Of a DNA stretch of 64,000 nt, positions 58,335 through 64,000 are shown piece by piece. The DNA is taken from contig JAWMAR010000201.1 of NCBI GenBank assembly GCA_036785375.1, forward strand, positions 186,001 through 250,000, read 5' to 3'. Source of the stretch: Leucoraja ocellata (taxonomy: Eukaryota). How positions within the stretch are numbered: position 1 is the stretch's first letter; each line of letters begins with the position of its first letter. The position numbers were made by a program, and so were the translations under genes. The notes beneath the pieces are model-generated. The model was given only the letters and a program-made list of their open reading frames with translations, was not told where the DNA came from and searched no databases.

Positions 58335-58655
58335 CGTACACCTCCAGTCGGATTCTTGACAGAATTTCAGTTCCTGAACGTGTAATAACTGTCACCTCAT
58401 AATCACCAGCATCCTCTCTCCGTAGATCACGGATTTCCAGACTTAAACTCTTGGGATGAAAAGTGATCCGTCGCCCGTACTCCTCAATTCCGAAGTATGA
58501 AATATTCCCCTTTGAGAATTCTATTATTTTGCTTCTGAGCGATGTTTTCCTCCACTCAATCTTGCCAATGTCCAGTCCACCTGCAATCTCAGGAGATAAG
58601 GAGATCGAGTGCCCCAGTGCTCCGTTCACAGTGGGAGGGAGAGCCTCCGGCCCAG
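58335..58655 (-). CDS. Gene C exon 2, divergent CD2/SLAM IgV domain (no own downstream same-strand IgC2/TM exon)
   Basis: GPEALPPTVNGALGHSISLSPE...IEWRK...[38 protein letters not shown]...IRLEVY; 321 nt, open frame, tttccttag acceptor, gtgagt donor. Confidence 0.88.
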
Positions 58656-59499
58656 CTAAGGAAACAAGAGAGGCAGTCAGCAGAAGAGGAGGAGGAGCTA
58701 GGAGAGTCAATGAGCACAGGAGCAGGCCATGCGGCCCGGCGCCTGGCTCCCGGCTCTGTGAGAGACCGGCCCACGGTTCTTATGTCACACAATGAGCCAA
58801 AGGGAGGAATAGAGTGAAGACTCTCTCCACTCTGGCCTGAGGAAGGAAGTTACAGCCTACAGCCAGATACCCATGGATGGGACTCAGTTCGGAAAATAGT
58901 CGTTGCATTGGGGGAGTTGAACATTACGAGAAAACGTGGTAAATGGAAAGATATGGGTGGTATGAAGCTTGTCCACTAATAATATCTCATGACCTTTCTT
59001 ACTCACCCCTCCGCCACTTCACTGATTTCTATTTTAAATATCCTCTATATTTGCTATACGTCTGAAGCCCTCACCTGCTTTCAATTATCTGTAGCTGTCA
59101 CTTGACTTTCTTTATCCAGCCTTTGATATTTTTTGACATCCAGAGTTCATTGCCTTTCACCCAATGGGAACAAGTTAGACCTGAACTCTCATTATTTCAC
59201 TTTTGAATGATTCTCACTTGTGACACCACACAAGTTGCTCCCAGTGTAGTTTTGCCAGATCCAATCTCATGATATTGAAATCACTTCCCCCAATCTGTAT
59301 TCCTTACCATAACCATCAAAAAAGTCTGTAAGACTTTTGGTGACTGTTAAAGCTCCCCTGGGCTCACTTTAAAAGCTACCCACCTCTTTGCCTTTCACAC
59401 CAATAAGATCCCAACAATGCTGGAGAAGATGAAATCCCATCTGACAAGGAGGCCTATGGCAACTGGGATCAAGCAAATCCCTGAGATGTATTAGAGTAC

Positions 59500-62300
59500 A
59501 CTGAAGTGGGAAATCAAGGGGCAAAAAGAGGACATGAGGAAGCTCTGGCAGACAATAATGGAAATGGCTAAGAGATTCTGGAGCTATATTAAGAGTACAA
59601 AGGCAACAAGTGAGAGAATATACCTCCATAGAGGTCAACATGGTCGTCTATGTGTCGAGTCACTAATGAATACTTCTCAGTTTTGTTTCCATGGAGAAGG
59701 ACGGATGCAATGGACTTAAGGGAAGTGAGTCGTGATATGTTGGACAACATCTAAATTACAAAAGAGGAGGTACTAGCTTCTTAAAGGTATTAAGTTAGAT
59801 AAGTCCCCATGGCCTGACTAAGTGTATTCTTTGACATTGTAAGAAGTTAGGGTAGAATTTGCAAGACCCCTGATCCTGTTCAGCCAGTTACCAGAAGACT
59901 GGAGGGTGGCTAATGTTGTAGAAAGGCTGCAAGGACAGGGAACTACAGGCCAGTGAGCCTGACATCAGTAGTGGGTAAGTTATTAGAGAGGATTCCAAGT
60001 GATCTACTTGCATTTGAATAGAGAAGGATTGAAAAGGGTCACCCTGGCTGTGTGTGGGGGAAATCACATCTCTCAAATATTGTTTTAAGAGGTCACCAAA
60101 ATGAGGACAGGGCAGTGGCCGTTGTCTGAATGGACTTTAACAAGGCCTTTCACATGGCCTTGTATAGTAGGTAAGTCCGGAAGTTTAGTTCACATGGAAG
60201 CCAAGGTCAGCTAACCAAATGAATTTCTAGTTGTTATGCAAAAAGGATTTAGCTGGTGGTAGCAAAGAGCTGTTTTTCAGATTGGAGGTTTGTGACCAGC
60301 TGTGTACCCACAGGAATTAAGGCTGGGTCCACTCATGTCATAATCATACAGCATGAAAACAGGCCCTTTCGGTCAAACTCGTCAATGCTGACCATGATGT
60401 GTCATCCAATCTAGTCCCATTTGCCCGTGACTTGCCATTACCCCACTAAACATTTCCTATCCACATACATATCCAAATGTATTTTCAATATTGTTATTGT
60501 ACTTCCCTCAACTACTTCATCGGGCAGCTTGTTTTATTTATCCACCACCTTGTGTGAAAATAATTGCCCCTCAGGTTCCTATTAAATCTTTCCTCTATCA
60601 CATTAAACCTACACCCTACATCTTTGCTATAGCAGGGTGATCAAATCTGAACACAATATTCCAAGTGGAGCCTCACAAAGATTGTGTACAGCTGTAACAT
60701 AACCCCCAATGTTTATGTGTAATTTTCTGTGATTACCTCTTCTCCCCACATCCATCTGGCAGTTGATTTATAAATGTTGAAAGCATGTACAGGGTACTAC
60801 CGGACTCAGGTAGTACCCTGTACAGCTTCTTCCCCTCTGTGATCCAACATTGGAATAATTCTCTCATAAACTAGGGTGTAGTCCCATGCCTCCAGTTTAT
60901 CTTATTGTGGACATTGGACATTTTCTCTGAAACTGTAATGCTATAAAGCTAAAAACTATATTCAGCCCACTAACATTTTCCTCTTTGCTGTCCTTGGGTA
61001 TTGTTTGATTATATACAAGTACAGTATTATTTAATTTAACCGGATAGCATGCAAACAAAAGCTTTTTACTGCATCTCGGTACACATGAAGGCCAGTGTAC
61101 CAGAAGCATTCTTTACCAGCCTATCTACCTGCAACATCACTATTTTCTGTAGCCCATATTAATGAATTGGATGTAGTTAATGTGGTTTATAAATTTGCAA
61201 ATAATAGCAAAATTGAATGTATACTGGCTATGAGAAATGATATCTAAATTTACAAAAGGATCTTGATTAACTATGGAATTGCACCAGGGAATGGCAGATG
61301 GAATTTAACTTGGACAATTGTAGGTGATGCGTTTTGTTAAGTCCAACTTGTGGCAGGAATTACACAGGAAGTGTGGAGCCCTGGAGTTTGTTGAAGAGCA
61401 GACAGAACTTGGAATACATGTTCGCAGTTCCCTTGAAAATGACAACACAGGTAGACAGACAGGTATCGGGGCATCATATTACAGCTGTCAATACCACTTT
61501 TGGAGTACTATGTTCAGTTCTGGTTGCCCTGTGGTAGGAAGGATGCCATTGAGCTGTGAAGGGTGAAACATAGAAACATAGAAAATAGGAGAAGGAGGAG
61601 GCAATTCGGCCCTTCAAGCCAGCACCACCATTCATTGTGATCATGGCTGATCGTCCCCAATCAATAACCGGTGCCTGCCTTCTCCCCATATGCCTTGATT
61701 CCACCAGCCCCTAGAGCTCTATCTAACTCACTTAAAACCATCCAGTGATTTGGCCTCCACTGCCCTCTGTGGCAGGGAATTCCACAAATTCACAACTCTC
61801 TGGGTGAAAAAGTTTTTTTCTCACCTCAGTCTTAAATGGCCTCCCCTTTAATCTAAGGTGAAAAAAAGATTAATTAGAATGTTATCAGGACATGATGGTT
61901 TGAGTTATGAGAGGCTGGTGAGCTGGGACTTTTTACCCTGGAATATAAGAGATTTGCAGGATGGCCTTACAGAAGTATATAAAATCATTAGAGGCATAAA
62001 TTAGGTGAATGGTCACAGTTTTTTCCTTAGAGGATAGAGGAGTCGAGAACAGGAGGCATGGGTTTAAGATGAGAAGAGAAAGATTTAGAACACCTGTCGA
62101 GCAATGTTTTCTTGTAGAGAGTGGTGTATGTGTGGTACAAGCTGCCAGAAGAAGCTGCAGAGGAAGGTATAATGGAGACTATTAAAAAAAACATTTAGAC
62201 AAGTACATAGATAGGAACGGTTTACAGGGACATGGGCCAATCCAGCCAAATGGGACTAGATCAGTTTTAATGAACTAAAGCATGACCAGCATGGACAAGT
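59500..62300 (+). mobile_element. Highly decayed CR1 LINE with nested SINE/HER1 pieces, gene C intron 1
   Basis: Remnants of NYRPVSLTSVVGK, DFNKAF and KFA plus CR1 3' sequence; reverse HER1-type tail at ~61567-61855. Confidence 0.7.
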
Positions 62301-62832
62301 TGGGCCAAAGGGTCCATTCTGTGTAAGAAAGAACTGCAGATGCTGGTTTAAAATGAAGGGGGACACAAAATGCTGGAGTAACTCAGTGGGTGAGGCAGCA
62401 TCTCTGGAGAGAAGGAATGGGCGACTGGGCCTCAGGTTTCAGAAGAAAAAGGGTCTCAACCCAAAACATCGCCCATTCCTTCTCCCCAGAGATGCTGCCT
62501 CGCCTGCTTAGTTACTCCAACATAATTCTATAATTTGTCTGCATCCGTGCTTCTCTATCTCCTGCTGACTATAGGGATGCCAATTTTAAATCTATGTAGA
62601 AGATCCCCGAAAGGTCTACTAAGAAGAAAAGCCCACTTGGATTCATTCAAAGAGCATTCTATGGTATGCTCCCGCAGTGGACCCCTGAACTAATATTGCA
62701 ATATGTGCTCCTCTTTTAAGTCCTCCTTCCCCATCACGCTTGAAGAGTTTAGTTCCTGTTCTGGAAAAATGAAAGAAATCCGCTCAGAGAGGGGGAAATG
62801 AAATAAAATGACTCGCTCAGAATGAAACTCAC

Positions 62833-62887
62833 GGATTGTGCTGGGGAGAGACAGCCAGAAGCAGATGAGCAGGCACCAAACATCCAT
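62833..62887 (-). CDS. Gene C exon 1 (signal peptide MDVWCLLICFWLSLPSTI)
   Basis: 55-nt homologue of the A and B leader exons with a GTGAGT donor. Confidence 0.8.
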
Positions 62888-64000
62888 CTTTTTCTCAGCA
62901 ACCAGTGTGAAGTGGACACCTGATCTGTCCCGATGGACACCTTTTCTCTTCAGGAAAGATGTCAAACTCCTGGACTCACTCAAGGATGGGATTGGTGCAG
63001 TGGAGCAATGTGAGAGAGGACAGAGGGCGACTTCCCTCAGTCTCAGCGCCCTTCCTATCCCGCTGCTTCTGTGCAACTGAAACAATCGAGAGAGATGGAC
63101 AGGAAGTCAGTGTGGGAGGAGGCGAGTTCACAATAGAAGCCACAAAGGGGTGACAGGACTAGCGATATCAAAACAATGGCCAAGAAAACACACCAACACC
63201 TCTACTTCCTTTGAAGGCTTCGGAAGTTCGGCATGTTCCCAACAAAGCTCACCAACCTCCACTGATGCGCCGTAGGGAGCATTTTATCAGGAGGCATCAC
63301 AGCACAGTTTGGAAACATCTTCATCCAAGATGGCAAGAAATTACAGAGAACCCTCCAGTTTTCCGGCACCTCACCCGTGCCTAACAATGATGCATACATC
63401 TCACCCAGGGCTACTGCAATTTCTTCTCTAGCTTACTAGTGTTCTTGGATCTACCTGATCAGGCCCTGAAGATTTATTTACCATCATACATTTTAACATG
63501 TGAACATGTATATGAAATGTAATATGTCAACAAGTATTAGGTACTGAGGTACCACAGTATTGTACTTAATTCTAACAAAAATAAAAAAATAAAAAATTTA
63601 AAATACATTTTAACATGTCAAGCACCTTCTGTAATTACCAAGACATCCGCATTTTCGAAGTTAATTCGGCTTCATGTCTTTCTCTATTTGTAAGAACGAG
63701 AGGATAAATATTAATTGAGGACCTCATCCATCTCTTCTTCCTCCAAACTTAAATGTCCAGTTTGGTCTTCGGTATTATCTCATTTGTTCCTCTTTTTCAC
63801 AGTGCACATTTGGACCAGTTTCTTGATCTTTGTAATAAAAAGGAACTACAGATGCTGGCTTATACCAAAACACTGGAGTAACTCAGTGGGTCAGGCCTTA
63901 CTCCAAAATTTTGTGTGTATATCTCTTGTTATCCAGAGTTCTCTACTCCTGCCAGCCTCACGCCATCTCCTTCACATCAAGCATCCCCTCCCCTCCCCAT

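Overview
Eukaryotic, repeat-dense DNA from a cartilaginous fish (probably a skate or ray, inferred from abundant HER1/CR1 LINE 3' ends and Penelope-type repeats). Beneath the repeats is a tandem cluster of CD2/SLAM-family immunoglobulin receptor genes on the minus strand, which the ORF track shows only in part. Gene A (ATG 17976 to stop 2082) and gene B (ATG 50412 to stop 35849) can be spliced by hand. Each has five exons joined by phase-1 GT-AG introns (leader, Cys-less IgV, four-Cys IgC2, TM with Arg and His, 16-aa tyrosine-free tail) and encodes 267 aa. They arose in a segmental duplication (~1.15-23.5 kb vs ~35.0-54.8 kb) and differ mostly in the IgV domain. A third paralogue (C) keeps an intact promoter, leader and IgV exon but has no same-strand IgC2/TM exons of its own. 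Opposite-strand relics include an IgC2 pseudo-exon (~54956-55240) and a TM exon plus an ITSM (TIYTQV) exon (25286-26062). The introns hold captured pieces of unrelated host genes: a ZFP36/tristetraprolin-family pseudogene in gene A and an SNRNP40 fragment in gene B. Mobile elements include HER1/CR1, L1, Tx1, Rex1/Babar, L2, Penelope, a Tc1 transposon, a DIRS element, Gypsy remnants, solo LTRs, a hAT MITE and a THAP-bearing DNA-transposon end. All family assignments come from motif recognition, not database searches, and repeat boundaries are approximate.
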